Assembly (NCBI GenBank): GCA_963728205.1
Contig: CAVSIV010000001.1
Coordinates: 192,001 to 256,000 of the forward strand
Direction of reading: 5' to 3'
Length of the DNA stretch: 64,000 nt
Source: an uncultured Chloroflexia bacterium
Lineage (GTDB): Bacteria; Chloroflexota; Dehalococcoidia; UBA2979
Under the pieces are notes generated by a model. The model saw only the letters and a program-made list of their open reading frames with translations, was not told the origin of the DNA and did no database searches. Below are positions 37,379 through 47,520 of this stretch, piece by piece. Position numbers and translations under genes: made by a program. Within the stretch, counting starts at the first letter, position 1, and each line of letters begins with the position of its first letter.

Positions 37379-39880
37379 GTGCACATCACCTTCGAACGGC
37401 CCAGGCAAGGCGTCATCGCCGCGCGCGATCGGCTGCTCGGCAACTACCTGCGCAAGTGGGTCATCCTCGGCCTGTGCATCGGCCTGATCGCCGGCGTCGG
37501 CGCCGACGCCCTGCTGATCGCCAAGGACTGGGCCTCGCAGCTCTTCCTCGGCGACCTCGTCGGCTACGCCGTGCCGCTGCCCCGCGGTGAGGGCGTCCCC
37601 GTGGTCACCGCGATGGCGCGCCCCTGGCTGCTGCCCCTGTCGCTGGCGCTGGGCGGCCTGCTCTCCGGGCTCATCGCGTTCCGTCTCGCCCCTGAGATCG
37701 CGTACGGCGGCATGAACCACGCCATCGACGCCTTCCACGAGGCCGGCGGCCGCATGCGCAAGCGCGTGCCCGTCCTCAAGCTCGTGGCCTCCGCGATCAC
37801 GATCGGCTCGGGCGGCAGCGCCGGCCGCGAGGGCCCGGCGGCGCAGATCGGCGCCGGCATCGCCTCGTGGATGGGCGACGCGTTCCACCTCTCGCCCGCC
37901 GACCGTCGCATCGCGATCGCCGTCGGCATCGGCGCCGGCATCGGCGCGATCTTCAAGGTGCCGCTCGGCGGCGCGCTCCTCGGCGCCGAGGTCCTCTACG
38001 TCCGCGACTTCGAGCTGGAGGCGCTCGTCCCGGGCTTCATCGCCTCGTCCACCGCCTACGCGGTGGTCGCGACGCTGACCTCGTGGACGCCGCTCTTCGG
38101 CGGCCAGGCGGGCATCCAGTTCTCCGACCCGTCGCAGCTCGTCTGGTACGGGGTCCTCGGTGTCGCGTGCGCCGCCGCCGGCCTGCTCTTCGTGCGCGTC
38201 ATGCACCTGCTGCGCCACTCGTTCGACGAGCTCGCGCTGCCCCGCGAGGTGAAGCCCGCGCTCGGCGGCCTTGCCGTGGGCCTCATCGCCCTGGTCTTCC
38301 CCCAGATCCTGTCCGGCGGCTACGGCTGGATCCAGTTCGCGATCGACGGCAATACCGCGGAGCTCGCGGTCACCGTCATGATCGCGCTGGTCTTCGTGAA
38401 GATGGTCGCCACGGCGCTCACCATCGAGTCGGGAGCCAGCGGCGGCGACCTCGCGCCCGCGCTGTTCATCGGCGCGATGGTCGGCGGCGGGATGTGGGGG
38501 CTGCTGCACGGCAACGTGCCGGCGTTCCCCGCGCAGGCCGCGCCGTTCGTCGTCGTGGGGATGGGCGCGTTCTTCGGCGGGATCGCGAAGGCTCCGATCT
38601 CGTCGATCCTCATGGTCGCCCAGATGACCGGCGAGTTCTCCATGATCATGCCGGCCATGGTCGCCGTCTCGATCGCCTACATCCTGACCGGCGACACCAC
38701 GATCTACGGCAGCCAGGTGCCCACGCGCGCCGACTCCTCCGCGCACCGCGGCGAGTACACGATCCCCCTGATCCAGACGATCAGCGTCGCCCAGGCGATG
38801 CGACAGGTGCCGACCGTCGGGCCCGACGACGCCGTCACCGTGCCCGAGCAGCTGCTCGAGGACGGCGAACTGCGCGCCGTGCCCGTCGTCGCGGACGGCC
38901 GGCTGGTCGGCATCATCACGGTCACCGACATCATTCGCGCGCGCGCGGACGACCGCACGCGCGTCGGCGACGTGATGCATCGCGACCCGCTGATCGCGTA
39001 CCCGACGGACAGCCTGCACACGGCGCTGCAGCGGATGGCCCGCGCGTCGATCGGCGCGCTGCCCGTCGTGCAGCGCGAGCGGCCCGACCAGCTGCTCGGC
39101 CTGGTCACGATGGCGGATCTCGCGCGCGTGCTCGACGCACAGGCGAACGAGCTGACGTCGCGCCCCGAGGGCGTGCGCTCCGCGGCGGACGACCCGCTGC
39201 GCTACGTGCCCGTCGAGGAGGTGATGAGCCGCACCTTCGAGACGGTGCCGCTCACGGCGCCGCTCGAGGCGGTGGCGAACCGGCTCTCCGAGTCCGGCCA
39301 GCACGCCGTGCTCGTGGTCGACGGGGAAGGCAGTCTCGCCGGCATCGTCACGCTGACCGACCTCGAGCGGGCGGCGGCCGGGGAGGACGGCTCAACGCCG
39401 GTGTCGAACATCATGACGCGCAACGTCGTCACCGCGCGCGTCGGCCAGTTCATCTCCGAGGCGCTGGCGCAGTCCGGCGCGGAGGCTGCGCGGCAGATCG
39501 CCGTGATCAACGACCGCGACCCCGCGCACCGCAACGTGCCGGTCGGCCTGCTCCGGCGCAACGACATGGTGCTGGCGTACCTGCGCGGCCGGGAGCGGCT
39601 CGCCTCGGCGAGCGAGCGGGCCCGCCAGCGCGGCAACAGCCCCGACGACGAGGTCGTGGCCACCGAGATGCCGATCGAGCGGCTGGACCGCGCGAATGGG
39701 CAGACGCTCGCCGAGCTGCGCCTGCCGCCCGGCGCCGTGATCACCGCCGTCGAGCGCGACGGCTCCGTGCTCGTGCCGCGCGGCCAGCTGCGGCTGCTCG
39801 CCGGCGACCGCGTGCGCATCCTCGCCAACCGCGACGTCCTCGACGCCGTGCTGGCGCGCTTCCACTCCGGCGCCGTGTAG
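37379..39880 (+). CDS. ClC chloride channel/antiporter with two CBS pairs and C-terminal RCK_C (TrkA-C)
   Basis: GSGGSAGREGP, GASGGDLAPALFIG, CBS repeats (VGDVMHRD, VEEVMSR, VSNIMTRN), GQTLAELRLPPGAVITAVERDG..GDRV. Confidence 0.9.
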   Translation: MHITFERPRQGVIAARDRLLGNYLRKWVILGLCIGLIAGVGADALLIAKDWASQLFLGDLVGYAVPLPRGEGVPVVTAMARPWLLPLSLALGGLLSGLIAFRLAPEIAYGGMNHAIDAFHEAGGRMRKRVPVLKLVASAITIGSGGSAGREGPAAQIGAGIASWMGDAFHLSPADRRIAIAVGIGAGIGAIFKVPLGGALLGAEVLYVRDFELEALVPGFIASSTAYAVVATLTSWTPLFGGQAGIQFSDPSQLVWYGVLGVACAAAGLLFVRVMHLLRHSFDELALPREVKPALGGLAVGLIALVFPQILSGGYGWIQFAIDGNTAELAVTVMIALVFVKMVATALTIESGASGGDLAPALFIGAMVGGGMWGLLHGNVPAFPAQAAPFVVVGMGAFFGGIAKAPISSILMVAQMTGEFSMIMPAMVAVSIAYILTGDTTIYGSQVPTRADSSAHRGEYTIPLIQTISVAQAMRQVPTVGPDDAVTVPEQLLEDGELRAVPVVADGRLVGIITVTDIIRARADDRTRVGDVMHRDPLIAYPTDSLHTALQRMARASIGALPVVQRERPDQLLGLVTMADLARVLDAQANELTSRPEGVRSAADDPLRYVPVEEVMSRTFETVPLTAPLEAVANRLSESGQHAVLVVDGEGSLAGIVTLTDLERAAAGEDGSTPVSNIMTRNVVTARVGQFISEALAQSGAEAARQIAVINDRDPAHRNVPVGLLRRNDMVLAYLRGRERLASASERARQRGNSPDDEVVATEMPIERLDRANGQTLAELRLPPGAVITAVERDGSVLVPRGQLRLLAGDRVRILANRDVLDAVLARFHSGAV

Positions 39881-40029
39881 CCGCCGCGCGAGCGGCAGGT
39901 GAGCGCGAGGCGCCGCCCGCACATCCCGACGACCGGTCTGTCTCCGCCGCGCACACCGCTCGCCCGCGCCCTGCCGCGCTTCGCGGCCGCGGGTATGCTG
40001 ACGCCGCTGTCCGCACGCGAGGTTCGCCC

Positions 40030-40419
40030 ATGCCGCCCGACGCCGATCCCCGCGCTCGCGATGACGACGACGCGGGGCTGCGCGTGCGCTCGAAGGTGTG
40101 GGTCGAGCGCGACGGCACGGTGGTCATCAGCGAGTACCGCGCGCGCCTGCTCTCGGCGATCGCCGAGCACGGCTCGGTCGCGGCCGCCGCGGACGCCGTC
40201 GGGCTCCCGTACCGCACCGCGTGGAAGAAGCTGCGCGAGATGGAGGAGGCGGCGGGCGTCCCGCTGGTCGCCTCCGACTCCGGCGGCGCGGCCGGCGGCG
40301 CGAGCCGGCTGACCCCTGCCGCGCGCGCGCTCCTCGACGCCTTCCAACGGGTGAGCGAACCGGTCGCGCACGAGGTCGAGGCGCGCTTTCGCCGCGAGCG
40401 GACACACTTCGACACGTGA
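40030..40419 (+). CDS. ModE-type winged-helix regulator (HTH only)
   Basis: RSKVWVE..LLSAIAEHGSVAAAA..YRTAWKKL..GGAAGGASRLT. Confidence 0.85.
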   Translation: MPPDADPRARDDDDAGLRVRSKVWVERDGTVVISEYRARLLSAIAEHGSVAAAADAVGLPYRTAWKKLREMEEAAGVPLVASDSGGAAGGASRLTPAARALLDAFQRVSEPVAHEVEARFRRERTHFDT

Positions 40420-40624
40420 CTTTTGCGCAGCCGACGGCGCGCAATCGCGTGCGTGAAAACGCATGACGCCGGTAGTAGATTTCCTCCGGGGCCGCCCATA
40501 GGATGCGCGGGCCGGCAGACCGACAGACTGCCGGTATGTAATCCGGGCCGAGCACACGTTCGGCCGGACAAGGGGCGCGCCGCGCACGGAACACGGCGCG
40601 CGCCGCCATGCACGGAGGGGACTC

Positions 40625-42340
40625 TTGATCGATCGCGGGTACTGGCAACGAGCGCGGACCGCGCGGACCTCACGCCGCGCAGTCCTGCGAGGCGGCGCCC
40701 TCGGGGTGGCCGGGCTCGCCGGCGCAGCCCTCATCGGCTGCGGCAGCAGCAGCAACGGCACGGCGACGCCGTCCGCGGCGGCAACGACCGCCGGGACGGC
40801 TGCGGCCGGCGGGAGCGCGACCGCCGCTGCTACGTCCACGGCGGAGCCGAAGACCGGCGGCAACTACCGCGCGGGCTTCACGGGCCCCTTCGCCGGCGTC
40901 GACCCCCACAACTCGGTCTACGGCGGCGCCGGCATCGTGCCGCTCGTTTACAGCAACCTCTTCCGCAAGGAAGTGCTGCGTCCGGAGGTCGGGCTCAAGT
41001 ACGAGCTCGCCGCCAGCCACGAGCTCCAGAGCGACAACGTCACCTGGGTCTTCAAGCTCCGCAACGACGTCAAGATCGCGCCGAACGGCCACAGCGTGCC
41101 CGAGCGCGTCATGGACTCCGAGGACGTCCTCAAGAGCTTCGATCGCATCGCGGACCCGAAGTCCGGCGCGAACGGCTACGCATTCTTCAGCCGCTGGGTC
41201 GACAAGTACGACGCCCCCGATGCCACCACGGTGCGCATCGTCACGAAGAAGCCGTACGCCTGGGTCGAGGAAGTGCTCGGCGACAACCTCCAGGGCGCGA
41301 TCGTCCCGAAGGAGTGGGTCGTCAGCTCCGACATCAAGAAGGACGCCGTCGGCAGCGGCCCCTTCATGCTCAAGGAGCTCACCGAGGGCCAGCGCGCGAT
41401 CCTCGTGCGCAACCCCAACTTCTACGACAAGCCGCACCCCTACCTGGACCAGCACACGATCCTGTCGTTCCAGGACCTGGCCACGCAGCGGACCGCCTTC
41501 AACACTCGCCAGATCGACACCTACGGCGGCAACAACGTCGATATCGACGAGGCGAAGCAGCTCGAGCAGTCCGTCAAGAACGTCGTCCGCTACGAGAATC
41601 CGAGCGTCGGCTACAAGTCGTTCTGGATGCGTGTCGACGCGAAGCCGTGGAGCGACGACCGCGTCCGCAACGCGATGAGCTTGTCGATCAACCGCGACCA
41701 GTTCGTCCAGATCATCGGCAAGGGCCAGTACACGCCGATCGGCCCCGTCACGGACGCGTTCGGCGACTACGCCCTGGCGAAGGACGAGCTCGCGAAGCTG
41801 CAGCCGAACGACCCCGCCGAGGCGAAGAAGATGTTCGACGCCGCCGGCGTGTCGGAGCTGACCTTCAATCACCCGACGAGCAGCAACACGAACGACTACG
41901 TCAATATCCTGGTGCAGCAGCTCCAGAAGATCGGAATCACGGCCAAGCCACAGCCGCAGGACGCCGGCACGTGGGTGGCTGCGTACTTCCAGGGGAAGCT
42001 CGAAGCGAGCCTCTCGCTGAACCAGACGTACAAGACGCCCGACTTCGCGCTGCAGTGGTTCCGCACAGGCGGCATCACCGGCAACGGGCACTACGACACG
42101 AAGTACTCGGTGCAGGCCGTTGACGACGCGATCGACAAGGCGGCGTCGACGATTCCGGAGGCCGAGCGCAAGGCTGCGTACCTCGACGCGCAGCGGCTGA
42201 TCCTGAAGAGCGCGCCGCCGTTCATCAACCTCGTGGACCAGTTCGACAACATCCTGGTCTACAAGGACATCATGAACTTCACACACGGACCCGGGTCAAT
42301 CGACAACTACTTCATCCGGGACATCTGGATCAACTCGTAG
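40625..42340 (+). CDS. Family 5 ABC substrate-binding Tat lipoprotein
   Basis: SRRAVL twin-Arg signal, LIGC lipobox, GSGPFML, DDRVRNAMSLSINR. Confidence 0.9.
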   Translation: MIDRGYWQRARTARTSRRAVLRGGALGVAGLAGAALIGCGSSSNGTATPSAAATTAGTAAAGGSATAAATSTAEPKTGGNYRAGFTGPFAGVDPHNSVYGGAGIVPLVYSNLFRKEVLRPEVGLKYELAASHELQSDNVTWVFKLRNDVKIAPNGHSVPERVMDSEDVLKSFDRIADPKSGANGYAFFSRWVDKYDAPDATTVRIVTKKPYAWVEEVLGDNLQGAIVPKEWVVSSDIKKDAVGSGPFMLKELTEGQRAILVRNPNFYDKPHPYLDQHTILSFQDLATQRTAFNTRQIDTYGGNNVDIDEAKQLEQSVKNVVRYENPSVGYKSFWMRVDAKPWSDDRVRNAMSLSINRDQFVQIIGKGQYTPIGPVTDAFGDYALAKDELAKLQPNDPAEAKKMFDAAGVSELTFNHPTSSNTNDYVNILVQQLQKIGITAKPQPQDAGTWVAAYFQGKLEASLSLNQTYKTPDFALQWFRTGGITGNGHYDTKYSVQAVDDAIDKAASTIPEAERKAAYLDAQRLILKSAPPFINLVDQFDNILVYKDIMNFTHGPGSIDNYFIRDIWINS

Positions 42341-42345
42341 CGGAG

Positions 42346-42381
42346 CGGGAGGGGCGAACGCGTACGGCGTCCGCCCCTCCC
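42346..42381 (+). terminator. Intercistronic hairpin after the binding-protein gene
   Basis: gggaggggcg..cgcccctccc inverted repeat. Confidence 0.5.
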
Positions 42382-42403
42382 GTTGCTTCCAGGCCGGGGA
42401 ATC

Positions 42404-43351
42404 ATGCTCAACTACACGCTCCGACGCATCGTCCTGAACCTGGTCATCCTCTGGTTCCTGTCGGTGACGATCTTCGTCCTGATGCGCGTGACCGGACCCG
42501 ACGTGGCGCTGTTGCAGCAGGGCATCAACGCGACGCCCGAGAAGGTGGCGGCGATCCATCACGAGCTCGGGCTCGACAAGCCGATGCCCGTGCAATACCT
42601 GGACTGGGTCAAGGGCTTCGTGACCCTGCACCTCGGTCGCTCGGTCCTCAACCAGGTGGACATCACCACCGAGTTCAAGGCGCGCTTCCCCGTCAGCCTC
42701 GAGCTGATGGCGCTGACGCTCGTCTGGACCGTGACGTTCGGCATCCCCTTCGGCGTCATCTCCGCGATGCGTCGCAACTCCGGCTCCGACTACAGCGTGC
42801 GGTCGTTCGCGGTGCTCGGCCTGGCGGTCCCGGGGTTCTGGTTGGCCACCCTGGTGTTGATGATCCCGGCGCAGAAGTGGGGCTACGCGCCGCCGCTCGA
42901 TCAGACGTACAGCATCATGCGCGACCCGCTCACGAACCTCCGGCAGTTTCTGCCGCCGTCCCTGATCCTCGCGTTCGCGCCGATGGCCAGCGTGATGCGC
43001 CTCACGCGCTCGTCGCTGCTCGAGGTGCTGCGGGCCGACTACGTGCGCACCGCGCGCGCGAAGGGGCTGGCGGAGCGCGTGGTCGTCGCGCGGCATGCGA
43101 TGCGCAACTCGATGATCCCCGTGCTCACGGTGATCGGTCTGCAGATCTCGGGCCTGCTCGGCGGGGCCGTGATCATCGAGCAGATCTTCAACCTCAACGG
43201 GCTCGGCCAGTACATCTTCAAGGCGCTGTCGCAGAAGGACTTCGCCGTCGCCCAGACGCTCGTCATGTACACGGCCGCCACCGTCGTCACGATCAACCTC
43301 GTGATCGATCTGCTCTACGGCGTGCTGGACCCGCGGATTCGCTACGCATGA
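42404..43351 (+). CDS. DppB/OppB-family ABC permease
   Basis: LGLDKP..QYLDW, EAA loop DYVRTARAKGL, LDPRIR. Confidence 0.92.
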   Translation: MLNYTLRRIVLNLVILWFLSVTIFVLMRVTGPDVALLQQGINATPEKVAAIHHELGLDKPMPVQYLDWVKGFVTLHLGRSVLNQVDITTEFKARFPVSLELMALTLVWTVTFGIPFGVISAMRRNSGSDYSVRSFAVLGLAVPGFWLATLVLMIPAQKWGYAPPLDQTYSIMRDPLTNLRQFLPPSLILAFAPMASVMRLTRSSLLEVLRADYVRTARAKGLAERVVVARHAMRNSMIPVLTVIGLQISGLLGGAVIIEQIFNLNGLGQYIFKALSQKDFAVAQTLVMYTAATVVTINLVIDLLYGVLDPRIRYA

Positions 43352-43408
43352 GCGCGGGAAACCGCTCTTCATGCCAGCCCGTCGCGCGATGCGGTTCGGA
43401 GGTGACCC

Positions 43409-44320
43409 GTGGCTGAATCAGTGCAGGGGCGTGCGGCCGACGCACCGATCGCGGCGGTCGCGCGGCGCCCACGCGGTCGCGGTCGCCGCCTCTGGAACAT
43501 CGTGCGCGACAACCCGCTCGGCGCCGCCGGCGCCGTCGTGCTGCTCGTGCTCCTGCTTGCGGGGGTGTTCGCTCCGATCGTCGCGCATTACCCGATCAAC
43601 GACTTCGCCGGTCAGCCGGGCCTCGCGCCGACGGGGACGTTCTGGTTCGGCACCGACCGCTTCGGCGAGGACATCTTCAGCCGCGTCGTCTTCGGCGCGC
43701 GGATCTCGCTCGAGGTGTCGTTCCTCTCCGTGATCGGCGGCACCGTCGTCGGCCTCGTGATCGGCGCGTTCTCGGGCTTCAAGGGCGGCAAGGTCGACAC
43801 GGTCGTCCAGCGCGTCGTCGACACGATGATCGCGTTCCCCGCGCTCATCTTCCTGCTGCTGATGATCCAGATCCTGGGGCCGTCGATTAAGACCGTGATC
43901 ATCGTGATCGGCATCGTGATCATCCCCGGCATCGCGCGCACGATCCGCAGCGCGGCGCTGAGCGAGCGCAACAACCAGTACGTGGAGGCGGCGCACGCGC
44001 TGGGCGCGACCGACCTCCGCATCCTGCTGCGGCACATCATCCCGAACGTCGTGCCGCTCGCGATCGTCCTCTCCACGACGCTGCTCGGCGCCGCGATCCT
44101 CGCGGAGGCGTCGCTGTCGTTCCTCGGCCTCGGCATCCCGCCCCCCAACCCGTCGTGGGGGAACGACATCAGCCAGTCGCGCCTGGCGTTCCCGATCAAC
44201 GTCTCGGCCGCCTTCTTCCCGGGGCTCGCCCTGACGCTCACGGTGCTCGGGTTCAACCTGCTGGGGGACGCGCTACGCGACATCCTCGACCCGAGACTGC
44301 GCGGCGCGCGGCGCGCCTGA
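43409..44320 (+). CDS. DppC/OppC-family ABC permease
   Basis: FGTDRFGEDIFSR, YVEAAHALGA, EASLSFLGLG, GDALRDILDPR. Confidence 0.92.
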   Translation: MAESVQGRAADAPIAAVARRPRGRGRRLWNIVRDNPLGAAGAVVLLVLLLAGVFAPIVAHYPINDFAGQPGLAPTGTFWFGTDRFGEDIFSRVVFGARISLEVSFLSVIGGTVVGLVIGAFSGFKGGKVDTVVQRVVDTMIAFPALIFLLLMIQILGPSIKTVIIVIGIVIIPGIARTIRSAALSERNNQYVEAAHALGATDLRILLRHIIPNVVPLAIVLSTTLLGAAILAEASLSFLGLGIPPPNPSWGNDISQSRLAFPINVSAAFFPGLALTLTVLGFNLLGDALRDILDPRLRGARRA

Positions 44321-44368
44321 TTCCGCTCGCGGCCGGGCCGCCCTCCGCTCGTTGCTGCCGGCACGCCG

Positions 44369-44396
44369 GCGTATCCCCTCGCGAGAGGGGATACGC
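44369..44396 (+). terminator. Perfect 12-bp hairpin with GCGA tetraloop
   Basis: gcgtatcccctc-gcga-gaggggatacgc after the ABC cassette. Confidence 0.55.
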
Positions 44397-44703
44397 GTGT
44401 GCGGGGCTCCGGCCGAGGATCTGGGGGTACGGTTGGCCGCCCACCCGCGTCCGTGAGTGGACCACGACGCCTCCGTCAAGAGGCGTTCGGGGAGCGATTA
44501 CAGGTTATGGATTCGTTAACTGCTCATTGACCGTGTGACCCGGGCGGTGTCGAATATTTCTAAATCCGCGCGGACGTTCAAACCGTATGCATTTGTGTGA
44601 ATGCCGCGTGGAATCCGTCAGCGTCGGCGACCGATGTGTCGCCGAGGGCACGGCCACCGTGCCGGGATACGCTGCGGGATCGCTTTCGCCGGGAGGAGGC
44701 AGA

Positions 44704-46476
44704 ATGCGTAACGTTTCGTGGCGCCTGATGCTGCCGCTGTTGCTGGTCGTGGCCCTGGTGGCCGCTGCCTGTGGCGGCGGGAGCAGCACGGCGACCGCCA
44801 CCCCGGCTGCGTCCGGTGGTGCTGGCAGCACCGCCACCGCAGCCGCAACCGGGACGGCGGCAACGGCCGGGACCCTCGACAAGGACCAGACTCTCAACGT
44901 CAACCTGACCGCCGAACCACAGTCGCTCGACCCGCAGCGCGCGACGGACGTGGTGAGCATCAGCGTCCTGCGCCAGCTCTACTCCGGGCTCCTGCAGGTC
45001 GACGAGAACCAGAAGATCCAGCCGGCCCTGGCCAAGGACGTGCCCACCACCGAGAACGGCGGCATCTCCTCCGACGGCCTGACCTACACCTTCCACCTCC
45101 GTGACGGCCTGAAGTGGTCCGACGGCACGCCGCTCAAGGCCCAGGCCTTCGTCGACGGCGCCAAGCGCCTCTTCGAGCCCGGCAGCGGCGACTACTACGT
45201 CGACTTCTATCGCGTCATCGCGGCGCAGGGGAAGAACAAGGACGTCCAGTCGCAGCTCGCCGCCGGCAAGAAGGACGCCGACATCAAGGACGTCGAGCAG
45301 GCGGTGGTCGACAACCTCGAGGTGACCGCGCCCGACGACCAGACGGTGGTCTACCACCTCAACCAGAAGAGCCCCGTCTTCCTGCTGCTCTCCACGCTCT
45401 GGCCGCTCTACCCTGTGCGCGCCGACATCGTGAAGGCGCAGGGCGACAAGTGGACCGACCCGGGCAACCTGGTCTCCAGCGGGGCGTTCATGCTCAAGGA
45501 CTGGACCCACAACCAGTCGTTGACGCTGGTCAAGAACCCGAACTGGTACCAGGCCGACCAGGTGAAGCTGGCCACCGTGAAGATGGCCGAGATCACCGAC
45601 ACGTCGGTCGCGTACCTCGCCTACCAGAAGGGCGAGCTCGACGCGATCACGCTGGGCCCGGACCAGCTCGTCCAGGTCCGTGGTGACGCCAAGCTCCAGA
45701 AGGAGTTCCAGGCGTACGCGCTCCTGAGCACCATCGGCGTGTACTTCAACATGGACTACAAGCCGTTCCAGGACGCGAAGGTGCGCCAGGCCCTCGCCGG
45801 CGGGTTCAACCGCGAGCAGTACGCGGAGACCGTGCGTGAGGGTGCCGTGCTGCCGGCGTACAGCTGGATCCCGCCCGGGATGCCCGGCCACGACGACAAG
45901 CTCGGTCAGCAGTACAAGGACGCGGTCGACGCGTCGAAGAAGCTCCTCGCCGACGCCGGCTACCCGGACGGCAAGGGCCTGACGGTCGAGATCCTGCAGG
46001 CCGACAGCAGCGTCTCCAAGCTCACGGGCGAGTGGCTCAAGGAGCAGTGGGAGACGAACCTCGGCATCACCGTCAACCTCAAGACCGAGGAGACGGCGAC
46101 CTACTTCGCCGACCGCAACGCCGGCAAGTACCAGGTGACGTCCGGTGGGTGGGGCGCCGACTACCCCGACCCGCAGAACTGGATGCCGCTCTTCAAGACC
46201 GGTGGCGCGCTCAACTCGGGCAACTTCTCGAACGCTGACTTCGACAAGTTGATCGACGCGGCGGACACCGAGCTCGACAACACGAAGCGCCTCGACGACT
46301 ACGACCAGGCTCAGAAGATCCTGATCGACCAGGCTCCGTTCGCACCGCTCTACCACGGCCGGCGCAACGCCCTGATCAAGCCGTACGTCAAGGGCATCGT
46401 GCCGAGCCCGATGGAGGGCGAGATCCCGGGCGACTTCTTCCTCTGGAAGATCTCGATCTCGGGCCGCAGCAGCTAG
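44704..46476 (+). CDS. oppA: Oligopeptide ABC substrate-binding lipoprotein
   Basis: Lipobox AAAC, EPQSLDPQ, SDGLTYTFHLRDGLKWSDG, GWGADYPDPQNW; GGAGGAGG RBS. Confidence 0.88.
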   Translation: MRNVSWRLMLPLLLVVALVAAACGGGSSTATATPAASGGAGSTATAAATGTAATAGTLDKDQTLNVNLTAEPQSLDPQRATDVVSISVLRQLYSGLLQVDENQKIQPALAKDVPTTENGGISSDGLTYTFHLRDGLKWSDGTPLKAQAFVDGAKRLFEPGSGDYYVDFYRVIAAQGKNKDVQSQLAAGKKDADIKDVEQAVVDNLEVTAPDDQTVVYHLNQKSPVFLLLSTLWPLYPVRADIVKAQGDKWTDPGNLVSSGAFMLKDWTHNQSLTLVKNPNWYQADQVKLATVKMAEITDTSVAYLAYQKGELDAITLGPDQLVQVRGDAKLQKEFQAYALLSTIGVYFNMDYKPFQDAKVRQALAGGFNREQYAETVREGAVLPAYSWIPPGMPGHDDKLGQQYKDAVDASKKLLADAGYPDGKGLTVEILQADSSVSKLTGEWLKEQWETNLGITVNLKTEETATYFADRNAGKYQVTSGGWGADYPDPQNWMPLFKTGGALNSGNFSNADFDKLIDAADTELDNTKRLDDYDQAQKILIDQAPFAPLYHGRRNALIKPYVKGIVPSPMEGEIPGDFFLWKISISGRSS

Positions 46477-46500
46477 GCTGCGATCGGTAACGCGATACGA

Positions 46501-46537
46501 CGCGGGGCGGGCGGATCTGCGGATCCCCCGCCCCGCG
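46501..46537 (+). terminator. Intercistronic hairpin after oppA
   Basis: cgcggggcggg..gatc..gatc..cccgccccgcg inverted repeat. Confidence 0.5.
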
Positions 46538-46575
46538 GTCCTTGCGGCGCCGGCAACACACGCCAGGGGCGCAAC

Positions 46576-47520
46576 ATGTTCCAGTACATCATCAGCCGCC
46601 TCGTGCAGAGCGTGATCACGCTCTTCTTCATCGCCCTGATCACGTTTGCGCTGATGCACAAGGTGCCGGGTGGTCCATGGGACGCGCTCGCCGGCCAGCG
46701 CCAGCTCTCCCAGCAGTTCATCCAGTCGCAACAGGCCTACTACGGCTTCGACAAACCCCTGCCGCAACAGTTCGTCCAGTACATGGGCAACCTCCTGCAC
46801 GGCGACCTCGGGCTCTCGTTCGCCCAGAAGGGCGTCACCGTCAGCTCGCTGATCGCACAGAAGGCGAAGCCGTCCGGCCTGCTCGGGGCAATGGCCTTCA
46901 TCATGATCTTCGCCGTGGGGATTCCGGTCGGTGTCGTCACGGCGATCCGTCGCAACTCGATCTGGGACTACTTCGGCCTGGCCGGCAGCACGGTGCTCGC
47001 CGCGGTCCCCAACTTCGTGCTCGCGTTCGCGTTCCTGATCGTGTTCGCCGTCTGGCTCGGCTGGTTCAACGTGCGCATGGGCACCGGTTTCGGCACCAGC
47101 CTCGGCACCGTCAAGAACGGCATCCTCCCCGCACTCGCGCTGGGCGCCACGCCGATGGCGCTCGTTGCACGGCTCACCCGCGGCGCGATGCTCGAGGTGC
47201 TCGACCAGGACTACATCCGCACGGCCCGCGCGAAGGGCCTCTCGCGCTCCGGCATCTACCTCCGGCACGCGCTCCGCAACGCCCTCATCCCGGTCATCAC
47301 GATCTCCGGCCCGATCTTCGCGGGGCTCATCACGGGGTCGATCATCGTCGAGCAGATCTTCGGGATCGCCGGCCTGGGCACGGCGTTCGTGACGTCGGTC
47401 TTCCAGCGCGACTACGGCATGATCATGGGGACGACGCTGCTTTACGCGGCGCTGCTCATGTTCATGAACCTCCTGGTCGACCTCGTCTACCCGCTCGTCG
47501 ATCCGAGGGTGAGGCTCTAG
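46576..47520 (+). CDS. oppB: Oligopeptide ABC permease
   Basis: VPGGPW, GDLGLSF, DYIRTARAKGL, RDY, VDPRVR. Confidence 0.88.
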   Translation: MFQYIISRLVQSVITLFFIALITFALMHKVPGGPWDALAGQRQLSQQFIQSQQAYYGFDKPLPQQFVQYMGNLLHGDLGLSFAQKGVTVSSLIAQKAKPSGLLGAMAFIMIFAVGIPVGVVTAIRRNSIWDYFGLAGSTVLAAVPNFVLAFAFLIVFAVWLGWFNVRMGTGFGTSLGTVKNGILPALALGATPMALVARLTRGAMLEVLDQDYIRTARAKGLSRSGIYLRHALRNALIPVITISGPIFAGLITGSIIVEQIFGIAGLGTAFVTSVFQRDYGMIMGTTLLYAALLMFMNLLVDLVYPLVDPRVRL

